Assembly (NCBI RefSeq): GCF_963921235.1
Contig: NC_086097.1
Span: 235,726,001 to 235,790,000 of the forward strand
Source of the DNA: Mobula hypostoma
Lineage: Eukaryota
Direction: 5' to 3'
Length of the DNA: 64,000 bases
Shown: positions 1-12,271 of the stretch, one piece after another
Layout: each line of letters starts with the position of its first letter
Position numbering within the stretch: position 1 is the stretch's first letter
Notes under the pieces: model-generated
Database searches by the model: none
Told to the model about the DNA's origin: nothing
Seen by the model: only the letters and a program-made list of their open reading frames with translations
Made by a program: the position numbers and the translations under genes

Positions 1-686
1 TTCTTCATCCAGGTCATTTATAAAAAACTCAAAGAGAAGGGGTCCCAGAACAGATCTCTGAGGCACACTACTGGTCACCAACCTCCATGCAGAATATCAC
101 CTGTCTACAACTACTCTGTCTTCTGTGGGCAAGCCAATTCCGGATCCACGAAGGAAGGTGCTCCTGGATCCCATGCCTTACTTTCTAAATATGCCTTGCA
201 TGGGATACATTGTCAAATGTCGTGCTGAAATCCATATTCACTACACCTATGGCTCTACCTTCATCAATGTGTTTAGTCACATTTTCAAACTATTCAATCA
301 GGTTCACAAGGCACGACCTGTATTTGACAAATCCACGGTGACTATTCCTAATCATATTATGTCTCTCCATATGTTCATAAATCCTGTCTGTCAGGACATC
401 TTCCATCAATTTACCAACCACTGAAGTAAGACTCACTGGTCTATAGTTTCCTGGGTATCTCTACTTCCTTTCTTGAATAACAGAACAACATCTGCAAACA
501 TCCAATCCTCTGGAAACTCTCCCGACCCACTGATGATTCAAAGTTCATTGCCAGAGGCTTAGCAATCTCCCCCCTCGCTTCCCACAGTAGCTTGGGGTAC
601 ATCTCGTCCGGTCCCAAAGTTTTATCCAACTTATGGTTTCCAAAAGCTCCAGCACATCCTCCTTCTTAATGTCTATATTCTAAAGC

Positions 687-1883
687 TGTCATATGGGGGC
701 GATGGGAGAAGACTCAAATGCAAGACACAGACACTGAAGTACTAGGAAAAGGACTTGACTAGAGAGCTGGGACAAGAACACAAACTTGGGCTAGGACATT
801 GGCTAGGCAAGCGGGACCAGGACAAGGAACTGGGAACTAGGAACCTGGGCTTGGACTCTGAGCCGGAGACTGGACAAGGACCCAGAACCTGGGTCCTGAC
901 TCGGGCTTGGACCCCAGAACTAGGCTCGGACATGACGTGGCTGCAGGACTGGACGTGGCTTGGGTTCAGACTCCAGACCAGAAACTGAACAAGGACCCAA
1001 GACCTGGGTCTTGACTCAGCTTGGAATCCGGAACTAGGTGAAAACATGACATGGTCTTGGGAGTCAGGACTAGGTGAGGCTACAAGACAGAATGAAAGAC
1101 TCCTGGGCAGGACGAGGGAACTCCAGCACAGGACAAGGGAACACGAAGCCTTGACTTGTTACTCAGGAACAGCCGAGTCTTGGACTTGGGACAACAGGAA
1201 CCTCAGAACCTTGGACTCAGGATAACAGGAACGCAGAACACAGACCCTTGGTCTTGGGGAGGACAGGAACACAGAGCCTTGGTCTAGAGAGACAAGAACA
1301 CAGAGCCTTGGTCTAGAGAGACAGGACCCCTCCTTGGGAACAGGACTTAGGGCCAGGACTCATACACAGAATGCTGATCATGACAAGACGGTTCCCAACA
1401 TTAGGTAGCGGCAAACGGCTGGACCTACCTAGCAAAGGCAAGGACAGTTCCAACTCAACGATAGATAGTTCCTTATCTTGACACAGAAGGGCTCCAGTCT
1501 CTCTCCAGTGGTAGAACTTGACAAGGTTGCAGGCAAAGGCTTCAGAAGGAAGGGGAAGGGAAGGGAACAGTCCAGCCTCAGGGTAACAGCAAAGACAGCC
1601 TGGCTTACCCAACAGATGCAAGGGCAGGAAAGGGCAGATCCAACCACAGGGTAACAGCAAAGACAGCCTGACTTACCCCACAGAGGCAAGTTCAGGATAC
1701 TAACAAGACAAACCAGCACCCACACGCGAACCCAGGGCCTTTTATATTCCCAGCCCCAAGGCGAGCATCAGGTGCCTATGATTAAGCCCAACTGAAACAA
1801 GGGACAGCCGGAAGATCCGGAGTCCGGAGTCCACGGACTGGACCGTGAACCGGAACATGGACTTTACGGACCGGACCATGACA
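687..1883 (-). mobile_element. Solo LTR (Gypsy-like) with internal tandem GGACT-rich repeats
   Basis: Ends TGTCAT...ATGACA; flanks AAAGC/GAAGC (5-bp TSD, 1 mismatch); the CR1 resumes after it; TATAAAAA on the minus strand near 1740-1747. Confidence 0.75.
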
Positions 1884-2993
1884 GAAGCTTTTCAATCTGC
1901 TGTAGTTCATCCCTACAATTGCCACACTTGATTGGTCCTATTCTCTCACACCTTATCCTGTTGCTCGTCACGTACTTGTAGAATACATTGGGGTTTTCTT
2001 TATTCCTGCTTACCAAGGCCTTCTCATGGCCCCTTCTGGCTCTCCTAATTTGATTTTTAAGCTCCTTCCTGCTATCCTTATAATGTTCTAAATCTCTATC
2101 ATTACGTAAGCTTTTCTTTTCCTCTTGACTGGATTTTCAACAGCCCTTGTACATCACAGTTCCTGTACCCTACCATCTTTCGCTGTCTCATTGGAATGTA
2201 CCTATGCAGAACACCACACAAATATCCCCTCAGCATTTATCACATTTCTACCATACATTTCCCTGAGAACGTCTGTTTCCAATTTATGCTTCCAAGTTCC
2301 TGCCTGATAGCTTCATATTTCCCCTTACTCCAATTAAACGCTTCCTGAACTTGTCTGTTCCTATCTCTCTCCAATGCTATGGTAAAGGAGATGGAATTGT
2401 GATCACTATCTCCAAAATGCTCTCCCACTGATAGAGCTGACACCTGACTAGGTTCATTTCCCAATACCAGATCAAGTACAGCCTCTCCTCTTGTAGGTTT
2501 ATCTACATATTGTGTCAGGAAACCTTCCTGAACACACCTAACAAACTCTACCCCATCTAAACCCCTTGCCCAAGGGAGATGCTAATCGATATTAGGGAAA
2601 TTGAAATCCCCCATCATGAGAACCCTGTTATTACTGCACCGTTCCAGAATTTGTCTCCCTACCTGCTCCTCGATGTCCCTGTTACTATTGGGAGGTCTAT
2701 AAAAAACACCCAGTCGAGTTATTGACCCTTTCCTGTTCCTAACTTCTACCCACAGAGACTCCGTAGACAACCCCTCCATGACTTCCTCCTTCTCTGCAGC
2801 CGTGACACTATCTCTGATCAACAGTGCCATGCCCCAACCCCTTTTGCCTCCCTCCCTATCCTTTGTGAAACATCTAAAGCCTGGCACTCGAAGTAACCAT
2901 TCCTGCCCCTGAGCCATCCAAGTCTCTGTAATGGTCACAACGTCATGCTCTAAGCATTGATCCATGCTCGAAGCTCATCCGTTTTGTTCATGA

Positions 2994-3178
2994 ATGCAGC
3001 AGGCCTGGCAGCATCTCTTGGAAGAGGAATAGTCGACGTTTCAGGCCGAGACCCTTCGTCCTGATGAAGGGTCTCGGCCCGAAATGTTGACTATACTTCT
3101 TCCTAGAGACCTGCTGCATTCACCAGCAACTTTATGTGTGTTGCCTGAAATTCCAGCATCTTCAGATTTCCTCATGTT
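2994..3178. mobile_element. Fold-back (inverted) PLE 3'-end fragment with hammerhead-like cores
   Basis: Two opposed copies of GAAGGGTCTCGGCCYGAAAYGTYGAC; flanked by TCCG(T/C)TTTGTTCATGA at 2978-2993 and 3179-3194. Confidence 0.8.
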
Positions 3179-3574
3179 TCCGCTTTGTTCATGATGCTTC
3201 TTGCAGTAAAATAGACACATCTCAAACCATTGGTCTAAGTGGTTCTCTATCACCTGCCTATCCTCCCTCTTGCACTGTCTCCAAGCTTTCTCTATTTGTG
3301 AGCCAACCGCCCCTTCCTCCATCTCTTCAGTTCGGTTCCCACCCCCCATCAATTCTAGTTTAAACTCTCCCCAATAGCCTTAGTAAACCTCTCTGCCAGG
3401 ATTTTCTTATCTGCAATTAAACTTATAAATCAGTTGACTATTGTTATATGTACCAAGGCACTGTTAAAAACTTGTCTTAGATATATTTTATACAGAGAAT
3501 TACATTACAACAATGCATTGAGGTAGTACTAGGTAAAATAACAAAGTGCAGAATAAAATGCTACAGTTACAGAT

Positions 3575-4050
3575 GATACATGGAGAAGAACTTGGCCAGT
3601 AGACCTGCTCTGCCATTCCATCATGTCTGATTTATTAACCCTCTTAAACCCATTTTCCTCGTAACCTTTCAATACTAATACCCTACTAATCAAGAACCTA
3701 TCAACCTCCCAATGACTTGGCTTCCACAGTCAGCTATGGCAATGAATTCCACAGATTCACCATCCTTTGACTAAGGAAATTCCTCCTCATCTCTATTCTA
3801 AAGGAGACAATCTTCTATTCTGAGGCTGTGCCCTCTGATCCCAGACTCTCCCCACTTTACGAAACATACTATCCACATCCTCTCTATCTATACTCTTTGA
3901 ATATTCGATCAGTTTCAATGCTAGCCCTCATCATTCTTCTAATCTCTGGCGAGTTCAGACCCAGAACCATCAAACACTCCTCATACATTAACACTTCCAT
4001 GCCTGGGAGCATTCTCATGAACCTCCTTTGGATCTTCTATAATGTCAGCA
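3575..4050 (-). mobile_element. CR1 3'-end fragment
   Basis: Matches the CR1 3' consensus repeated across the window (gaattccacagattcacc...ggctaaagaaattcctcctcatctc). Confidence 0.8.
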
Positions 4051-4411
4051 GCGGAACCATAATTAGTATTTATTTATGGAACTGCAGTTTAGATTTTAAG
4101 CTGTTTTACTTTTGTGAAACTTTTCACATTGTCTAACTGAAGTGTGAAGAGAAATGCAAACTGCTGGCAAAAGCACAATGCTTGATTTGATTACAGTTCT
4201 TTAAATTCAATTGGTAGGCTTTGATCGAGAGTGGTAAGAATAGAATTTATATTTAGCTTATTTCCACCTCTCTTGTGCACCTAGATTGCTATCCATCAAT
4301 GGAGTCTGAGATTTCCAAATTAAAATAAAACTAGAATTGGTATCCAAGAGTTACGTTGTCCAAATATTCATTCTTATTTGCTTTGATTGCTAAAAGTAAG
4401 AAGTTCATTAC

Positions 4412-4646
4412 CATGGTCACATTTGTCCTAAATTTTCTTTCATATATTTTAGATCTTTCTGGAGTGTGCCATCTAATTGACTTTCTTTTCAAAGCAAGCT
4501 CTCTAGTGTCAGACATGTTGTCATCACAATCTGTTTAATTCCAGATGGCTTGGAGTATTGCCCATTCCGAGTCAGTTATGCGCTCTTTTTTGCCTAATGA
4601 GAAGTATTGAGAATGGTTGAAGGATGAGACTTGTGAGCTCGTAAAA
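4412..4646 (-). other. Candidate exon (terminal or pseudogenised) of an unidentified gene
   Basis: Acceptor cccttctttccatttccag, donor ATG|gtaatg; one frame is open across 235 bp except a TAA at 4535-4537; non-repetitive DNA; no recognised homology. Confidence 0.2.
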
Positions 4647-5339
4647 CTGGAAATGGAAAGAAGGGTTACAGGAGTCAGAAAATGATGAATGTTATTATTC
4701 TACTCTCTTCATTAAATTAATTATATTTCTATTTACTGTTTGACTTTATCTGAATATTGCATGATTGCATATCTGCCGTGACGTTTTTTATGAAGTGGGT
4801 CATGTTCACCTTCTTTAGGTCACGGTGTAAGAATTACTCTTGAAACATTGTGGTGCTCAGACTAATTATGCCTTTACACCTTTCAGTGCACACTGCCAAA
4901 TTCACAAGTGTGTGCATGTGTGTAGATAGAATATTTTATCATTTATTACTGCAGCTATAAGTAACAAAGAATATTGGCTGCAAATCCAGTGTTGTTAAAC
5001 GTTGCTTGAAGCTTTCTAAGCTAACACCATTTGCGGCAAAGGTCGCACAGGACATGTTATGGAGAAAGGTGTTAATTAGCGTTGGCTCAGCAAACAGCTG
5101 CAATAAGTGTGCAGAAGAGGCAGATTAGAGATTAGCTTTATTTGTCCCATGTACAGTGTACTGAATCATCAAAACATGCAGTGAAGTATGTTGTTTGTGT
5201 CAACGTCCAACAGTCAGAGATGTGCTTGATGGCAGCCCGCAAATGTCATCATGGTTCCAGTGCCAATTTAGCATGCCCACAACATACTAACACTAATCTG
5301 TACGTCGCTGGTGTGTGGAAAGAAACTGGAATCTACGTG

Positions 5340-5960
5340 GCATCTAGAACTTTGACAAACTTCTATAGATTTATGGTGGAGAGTATCACAGCCTGGTATG
5401 GATACACCAATGCCCTTGAACAGAAAAACCTACACAAAGTAAAGGATCCGGCCCAGTCCATCATGGGTAAAGCCTGCCCCACCATTGTGCACATTTACGT
5501 AGAGCATAATTGTAGGAAAGCAGCATTCGTTTTCAGGGACTCCACAGCCCAAGTGATGCTCTCTTCACACTGCTGTTAACAGGAAGCAGGTACAGGAGCC
5601 TCAGGACTCACCACTAGGTTCAGGAACAGTTATTACCCCTCAACCATCAGGCTCTTGAACCAGAGCGGATAAATTCACTTGGCCCATCATTGAAATGTTC
5701 CCATAACTTATGAACACACTTTCATGGATGCTTCAACTCATGTTTTCAATATTGATTGATAATTTATTTATTAGTATTGTTTCTTTTTTTTCCTTTAGTA
5801 TTTGCACAGCTTGTTGTCTATTGCACACTGGTTGTCTGCCCTGCTGGTATGGTCTTTCATTGACTCTATTATGGTTATTTGATTTATTGAGTACACCCGC
5901 AAAAAAAATGAATCTCAGGCTTGTATATGGTGACTTTGATGATAAACTTACTTTGAACTT
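5340..5960 (+). mobile_element. Rex1/Babar LINE 3' fragment
   Basis: Peptide TLTNFYRFMVESITAWYG; RFRNSYYP-type coding; tail gataaacttactttgaac. Confidence 0.8.
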
Positions 5961-6679
5961 AGAATCCCTTGCAGTCACAGGGAGAGCGTTCAAATTTCTT
6001 ACAGTCCACAGTGGGAATTGAAGCCAATCTTACAAAGCGACAATACTGTACTACTACGCTGCTAACATCATAAACACCATTATGATGTTAGTGTTGAATG
6101 GCGACTTTATACCAGCACTGTAATATTGACATTTGATGCAATAACTAACTCTTTGCCTTTGCGTCAAACAGCTGTTCATGCAGTCAGCACCAGGGAGGTT
6201 CCCCAACAGCACTCTATCTGGAGAATATCAACCATTAGCAATTTAGTAGCTGATTGATTTCTACTAGCTGTTGCTATGATTCTATAAGATTTCTTAATTT
6301 GCTTTTAAAAGTTCTGAAGGACTGCTAAAATCTACCGTGACTGACAAGGCTGTTGTAATAGGAGTTGTTACTGATCTTAGGGTGTCGGCATAAACCAGTT
6401 GATCTCAAACAGGTGTACATTTATCAGTATTTCCCCTGAAGTACAGAATCACGTAACAAAAGGCTGCCAGATGAGGGAGGAATGGGTTGTATTCAGCTGT
6501 CAACATGAGACTGCGCTGATGTTCAGGGAGCAAGTTCTGTTCCAAACCTCAGCAAGGATGAGCAAGAGATATCACTGATAAGGATAACTTCAGTGAAATG
6601 CTCACCCTGTTCCATGCACAACTGCGACTTGAGTTCAAAACAACAACGCCATTGCTGATGACTATAAAGGTGATGGTGA

Positions 6680-7120
6680 GCATTACCACCATTGAGCACA
6701 CTTACATGGAGCGCTGCCACAAGAAAGCAAATCTGCCGTCTGGGACCCCCACCATCCAGGCTATGCTCTCTTCTCACTGTTAGCATCAGGAGCCATTGAT
6801 CCCACACCACCAGGTTCAGGAACATTCATTCCCCTTCAAATAGCAGGCTGCTGATCTAGAGTAAGTAACATAATTCACCTCAAAGCTGCTCTGATTCTGC
6901 AATCTATGGACGTACTGTCAAGAACTCTACACCTCATGTTCTCAGTCCTATTTACTTTCTTTTCTTAGCACATTTTGTCTTCTTTTGCACATTGCTTTTT
7001 TGTCAGTCTTTGTGTGTAGTTTTTCATCGATTCTTTTTATTCATTCTACTCTGCAAGGAAATGATTCTCAGGGTTGTATATGGTGCTTTGATAATACATT
7101 TACGTTGAACCTTGAACTTC
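6680..7120 (+). mobile_element. Rex1/Babar LINE 3' fragment
   Basis: TIEHTYMERCHKKA; caccaccaggttcaggaaca; same tail as 5340-5960. Confidence 0.75.
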
Positions 7121-7825
7121 GAAAATTTTAAATAACTGAATTTTTTTTCCAGCTGAAGCTGGATTATTTTGCTGCACCCTGCAGTATGCTGTTCACTGGT
7201 ACATAAAGGAGTTCTGAGCTGATGTCTCTAGTACGCTGTGCAGGCATAATTTCACTCTCTCTTCTCAGGGAGCAGCATCAGGTGGACTATAAGCTTCCCA
7301 ATGCAAGTCATGTGCGAGAGGTACCAGAATCGAAAAGGGGATTCAGCTTCATTAACACCCTGCTGACACACGATCACACTCAGAGAGCCACATGAAATTC
7401 GGCTTCTGGTATCTTGGAACCAGTTACACATCTTCGACAGCAATCTGTTGAAATGTCTGCAACTGAGCTACCATGACAAACCTTTAGGTAGCTCTTGGCC
7501 AAAAGGGTTGTACTCCAACAGCATTGTTGATGAGTCCAGAGTCTTGTGCTTGCATGAACTGCATGTATTAGAACAAACCCCAAACTTCCACATGGAATGC
7601 AGAAAGGCAGACTACTCCCACGCGGAAACAATGCTCTCCTCTGCCTGCGAGAAAAAGTAAGGTTGAGTTTATTGTCATGTGTACAAGTGCAGTGAGGAAC
7701 AGCACAATGAAAAATGTACTTGCTGCAGCATCACAGACAATATGTACAGACAGCACACTGAGCATAAATTAGACAATGCTATGGGAAAAAAAATACCCTG
7801 TAAAAGCAAAACATAATTCGAAAGT

Positions 7826-8159
7826 TTAGGATGGCGGTAGCTCGGGTTGAGGCAAGGTTTAACTGGGACACCGGAACAATAATTTTGAGGAGCGTGGTTC
7901 CTTCTGATAACTCTGATAACTCTGCAAACAAACAATCGAAAATGATGCCACCTACAAGCCTCTAAGAGCCAAAAAAACGCGAGCCAATAGAATTCAAAGG
8001 TCAATGGAAGGGATAACCAATCAGTACTGAGGCAAGAAAATTGGGGGGGGGGAGGCTCTCAGAGAAACATACCAACAACTGAGCACTGAAGAAGTCACCT
8101 TGACTAGTGATGAATGTTTGCGTGTTCATTGCCAAGCTTGTCAAACCCCGCAACATCAA
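7826..8159 (+). mobile_element. Poseidon-type PLE 3' end with a short inverted tail at its 5' side
   Basis: Perfect 13-bp TSD ATAATTCGAAAGT (7813-7825, 8160-8172); homologous to 11150-12271; degenerate hammerhead core CTGAAGA near 8085. Confidence 0.7.
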
Positions 8160-8264
8160 ATAATTCGAAAGTCTGTGAGTGTGAATGTGAAGGTGAGTGT
8201 TGTGGGGTGGTAGGAATACAGAGTGAGGGGATTCTGAAGATTCATTAAATATGAGTGAGCTCTG

Positions 8265-8655
8265 GCGTTTCTCTTTGGGGTGAAGGATGACTTGATAGAG
8301 GTGTACAAGATGATGTAGCATAGATCGAGTGGACAGCCTGAGGCTTTATCCCAGGGTGGGAATAACTAATATGGAGGGTCATAGCTTTAAGGTGTTGGAA
8401 GGAATGTTAAGGAGGTAATGTCAAAGGCAGGTTTTTTTTACACAGAGGTCAAAGGTGCATGGAATACACTGCCAGAGCTGGCGGTAGAGGCAGATACATC
8501 AGGGACATTTAAGAGGCGCTTAGATAGGAATGTGGATGAAAGAAACAGTGTTGGGTAATGTATGAAAGAAGGGTTTTATTGATCTTAGAACAGGTTAAAT
8601 GGTTGACAGAACATCGTGTGTTGAAGGGCCTATGCAGTGCTGCACTGTTATATGC
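8265..8655 (+). mobile_element. CR1 3'-end fragment
   Basis: gacttgatagaggtgtacaagatg...gaagggcctatgcagtgctg CR1 tail. Confidence 0.8.
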
Positions 8656-8863
8656 ACTATATATCATACTGCCCCTCTTAAGCACACAATGATGTGGACC
8701 TAATCTGCCTGACAGCTGATCAGTGTGTTGCTAAGGAGAGGGAAAAGGAAGACATGGAAGAGAAAGAAAGAGGCAAACAAGACCAAACAGATCTCACTGA
8801 CTGTGCGAACTTTGAACAATTTATCTGAGTGTGAACACATCCCCATTCACCAACAATCCAAGT

Positions 8864-9343
8864 TGTCACGACCTCTGGTCATCAGTAGAGTATTCGGAGG
8901 ACTCAGTTCTTTACTAAAGTTGTTTTGTGTTCTCTGCATTTTATTAATTATAATTATCTGTATTGCTCTACTTTAGGAGATTTTTATGTGTTAAGTTAGG
9001 TCTTTACTAGTTTACGTTTAAATTGCGATTGACGTGATTACTCCCAACTAATTCTCCGAAACTTTGCAGGTGCCCAGTTAAGTATCTTCGGACTTTTGTC
9101 TCTTATTAGAATTGTTACTTGTTAGCTTGTAATTAGTCTGGAGTTTTATCATCTGTGTACAGATCCTTTCATGCCCTGGAGTTGCCCTGATCCTTGCCTA
9201 GTGAAGATCTGGCTGAGTTATTCAAGCCCTTGTAAGTTTAACTGTTTTGCTTTCTCTATTTTGTTGACAACATTTTTAGTTTTGTTGAAACTTTCTGAGT
9301 CACTGTGTGATACTGTGCTCGGATCCAAAAATGCAGAGTGACA
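8864..9343. mobile_element. Probable solo LTR
   Basis: Ends TGTCAC...GTGACA; flanks CAAGT/CAAGG (5-bp TSD, 1 mismatch). Confidence 0.6.
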
Positions 9344-9474
9344 CAAGGTTGTTTATTTGTATTGCATTTATTTGACAAAACTGAAGTAAACTAAAAGGCA
9401 ATGCAAAGTTAACTATTCAAGACAAAATTTTCTCTCTTTTGCACTTTTTATTTATTACCCCATTATCCCTCTTT

Positions 9475-9545
9475 TCCTCTCTCTCTCTATATATCTATCA
9501 ACCTATCTATCTATTGGTCTGTCTGTCTACTTACCTATCTATCTA
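9475..9545. repeat. (CT)n/(CTAT)n microsatellite
   Basis: ctctctctctat...ctatctatctat... Confidence 0.8.
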
Positions 9546-10782
9546 CACTCAGTGGCCACTTTATTAGGTACATCTATACACCTACTCATTAATACAAATA
9601 TCTAATAGGAGGTAGAGAAGATGGCAGTGCGACGCAGCTCGCAGCGGCCACTCCGGTGGTGATGTCTGTTATTTGTCAAGTAGGGTGCCGTGCACAATCC
9701 TGATTTGATGGAGACAGACGTGAGAGCATGGAGGAACATCAGGGGAAACTTCCGGAATGCCTGCTTCGCTGCGGCCGCTACTGTGTGGTTTAGAATCTCC
9801 GGAGGAGAAGGCCCCAAGTCCTCGGCTTTGCTCGTTGCTCATCGGCCGGGGCTGGATCGAAGTGCTCAGCAGAGAATGGTGCTCAGGAGGCTGTATCGGA
9901 GGGGCTGGTCGGAGACCCGAAGTTTTCAGACGGACTCAGAGTCGGCTGCGGTCGGGTGCTTCCAATGAATCGACAAGTTGTTGGCGCTTGGAGGTTCATG
10001 GCAGGGAGAGTTCCTCCCTTCTGCCGCCTGCTATCAGGACTATCGGGAGTCGATTGGGACTTTGAGACTTTCTTTTTACCGTTCCCATGGTCTGTTCTTT
10101 ATCAAATTATGGTATTGCTTTGCGCTGTTGTAACTATATGTTATAATTAGGAGGTTTTGTCAGTCTTAGTCTTGATTTGTCCTGTTTTTTTTGTGATATC
10201 ACTCTGGAGGAACATTGTATCATTTCTTAATGCATGCATTTCTAAATGACAATAAACGAGGATTGAGTGTCCTCATAATCTAATCAGCCAATTATGTGGC
10301 AACAAATCAATTCATAAAAGCATGCAGACATGGTCAAGAGGATCAGTTGTTCAAACCAAACATCAGAAGAGGGAAGAACTGTGATCCTCGTGACTTTCAC
10401 CATGGAATGAATGTTGGTGCCAGATGGGGTGATTTGAGTATCTCAGAAATTGCTGATCTCTTGGGATTTTCATGCACAACGATCTCCAGAGTTCACAGAG
10501 AAAGGTGTGAAAAACAAAGAAAACCCCACTGAGCAGCAGTTCTATGGGTGAAAATGCCTTGTTAATGAGAGAGGTCAGAGAAAAATAGACAGATTGGTTC
10601 AACCTGACAGTAACTCAAATACAACAGTCTTGTACAGTGCCTTACAACAGTGGTGCACAGAAGAGCATCCCTGAATGCACACCACGTTGAACCTTGAAGT
10701 GGACGGGCAGCAGATGACCACAAACATGCACTCACTCGTTCACTTTCGTTCACAGGAGTAACAAAAAAGTGACCACTGAGTG
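9546..10782 (+). mobile_element. Non-autonomous Tc1 element (N-terminal HTH remnant), interrupted at 9607-10281
   Basis: TIRs CACTCAGTGGCCACTTT / AAAGTGACCACTGAGTG after TA; peptide GARWGDLSISEIADLLGFSCTTISRVHRE. Confidence 0.8.
9607..10285 (+). mobile_element. Non-coding retroelement with AAGATGGC head and (CTAAT)n tail; further copies at 17094-17712, 46420-46620 and 54150-54280 (all minus)
   Basis: Four homologous copies share the 3' end gacaataaa...cctcataatctaa; the others are 5'-truncated; inserted at CTAAT in the Tc1. Confidence 0.7.
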
Positions 10783-11149
10783 TCTATCTCTCTATTTATT
10801 TGTAACATATAGTAAATTTAATGTTTTGCATTACACTGCTGTTAGAAAACAACAGATTTTATGAATGTGTCAATGATAATAAGCCTGATTTTAATTCTGA
10901 GTTGTAAATCAAACCATACCAGAGCCTGTAGGAATACCAGCTTATCAATGACTCACTGTGTATTCTGTCTGGAGTTTTCCCTCAACACCTCTACAGTCCT
11001 ATCCTAGAGACTTGAGCAGGGCTGGTGCTGTGGAGACAAGCAATAATCTCTGAGGATCTCTTCAAACAGCACCAAGTCTAGAACATACAGTAGAACATGG
11101 AACATAGTACACTACAGCAGAGTACAGGCTTAGGATTGTGGTGAATATT

Positions 11150-12271
11150 GGCAGCTCGGGTTGAGACGTTTGATGTTGGGGTGTTCACCGAGCTTAGCCA
11201 TCGGCTTGCAGACGCTTCATCACCAATGGATGTGACATCCACAGTACACAGCTGTTGGTGTGCTTACGTTTATACAGCCCCTCCTCCCTCCGCTCACTTG
11301 CCTTGGTCCTGATTAGCTACCTATTCAACTGACCTTTGAATTCCATTGGCTCGCATCTCTTTGGGCTTTAGAGGTTCATAGATGGCATCTATTTCAATGT
11401 AGCCCCACTGGCAAGCCTCAGGGTCGCTCAACTCGCTGTCATCTAGGGAAATAGCCCTCAGCCCCGCCAATCTGGATAACTAAGTTTGTGTGGATGCTGT
11501 GTGATGTACCTCACCCTGCCCAATAACAGACAATACACCATATACGATTAAATGAATCACAGTTTATAGATATTACTAGAACTATATAATAAATAGAGAT
11601 AAACTATAAAAGGAAAATAAAAGGCGCCACACTTATCAAAGTTCAATTTCTTCATGCACAACCGTTGGAGCTCTAGTAATGATCCTCTCTTCACCATTGG
11701 ATCCCCTCTGACCACCTCGACCTGCCACCTGGGACCAACCACGGTGGTCAACCAGACGTTCCACACGAATCTGTCTCCGTCTCCTCTCCTTGCCGAAGAC
11801 CCTGGACCTCAGACTCCTGCTCAGGATCCGACCCTGTTAGCCAGCTCACAGCACCTTGTCCATTCTCTCCCTCTACATCGCACCTTCTCCCAAAAACCCA
11901 CACATCACAATAACTTGCAGACACACTGGAAAGAATAACATCTATCCCAATTTGTTCGTTCATCCTCTTATCAATAATATAACCCAAACAAGCTGCTAGC
12001 GAGAGAACTTTCTCAGCAATTAACATAACAAAGAAGACATTTTAATTATAACATAACAAAGAAGCCATTTTAATTAGCCTACGCTGTAACATAAAAGAAA
12101 CCCCTTACATCAATATCACAAACAAGATAAAATTTGCAGATCCTGGAAATCCAAGCAGCACACAAAGAAATCCTCTAGCATTGTGTGTGTGTTGCTTCTA
12201 TTCCAATATATTTGTTTATGGAATTATCAGAAGAATACTAAGCTTCTCAAAATTCTTGTGCTTGCTTCGAG
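11150..12271 (-). mobile_element. Poseidon-type PLE 3' end, split by a solo LTR and a collapsed Neptune fold-back (about 12116-12197)
   Basis: Joined minus-strand translation resembles AQEF*EA*YSSDNSINK.IEIDAIYEPL (PLE GIY-YIG C-terminus); degenerate hammerhead core near 11208-11247. Confidence 0.65.
11398..12109. mobile_element. Solo LTR
   Basis: TGTA...TACA termini with a perfect 4-bp TSD TCAA (11394-11397, 12110-12113). Confidence 0.75.

Larger units (their letters stand above)
1..3400 (-). mobile_element. Degenerate CR1 LINE ORF2 (RT-proximal part 1-686, APE endonuclease about 2240-3230), interrupted by a solo LTR and a PLE fragment
   Basis: Minus-strand peptides DVVTITETW, GVFYRPPNS, MGDFNFPNID, GEHFGDSDHNSISF and DKTLGPDEMYPKLLWEA are CR1 endonuclease/linker motifs; frame is broken. 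Confidence 0.9.

Noticed and set aside
742..1725. Repetitive ORFs and spaced repeats resembling a repeat protein or CRISPR array
   Set aside because: Degenerate tandem units inside a solo LTR; no constant repeat with unique spacers, no cas genes, eukaryotic context
7269..7660. Plus-strand acceptor ctctctcttctcag and 70-aa ORF as a possible exon
   Set aside because: All frames stop soon, donor is weak, no recognisable protein
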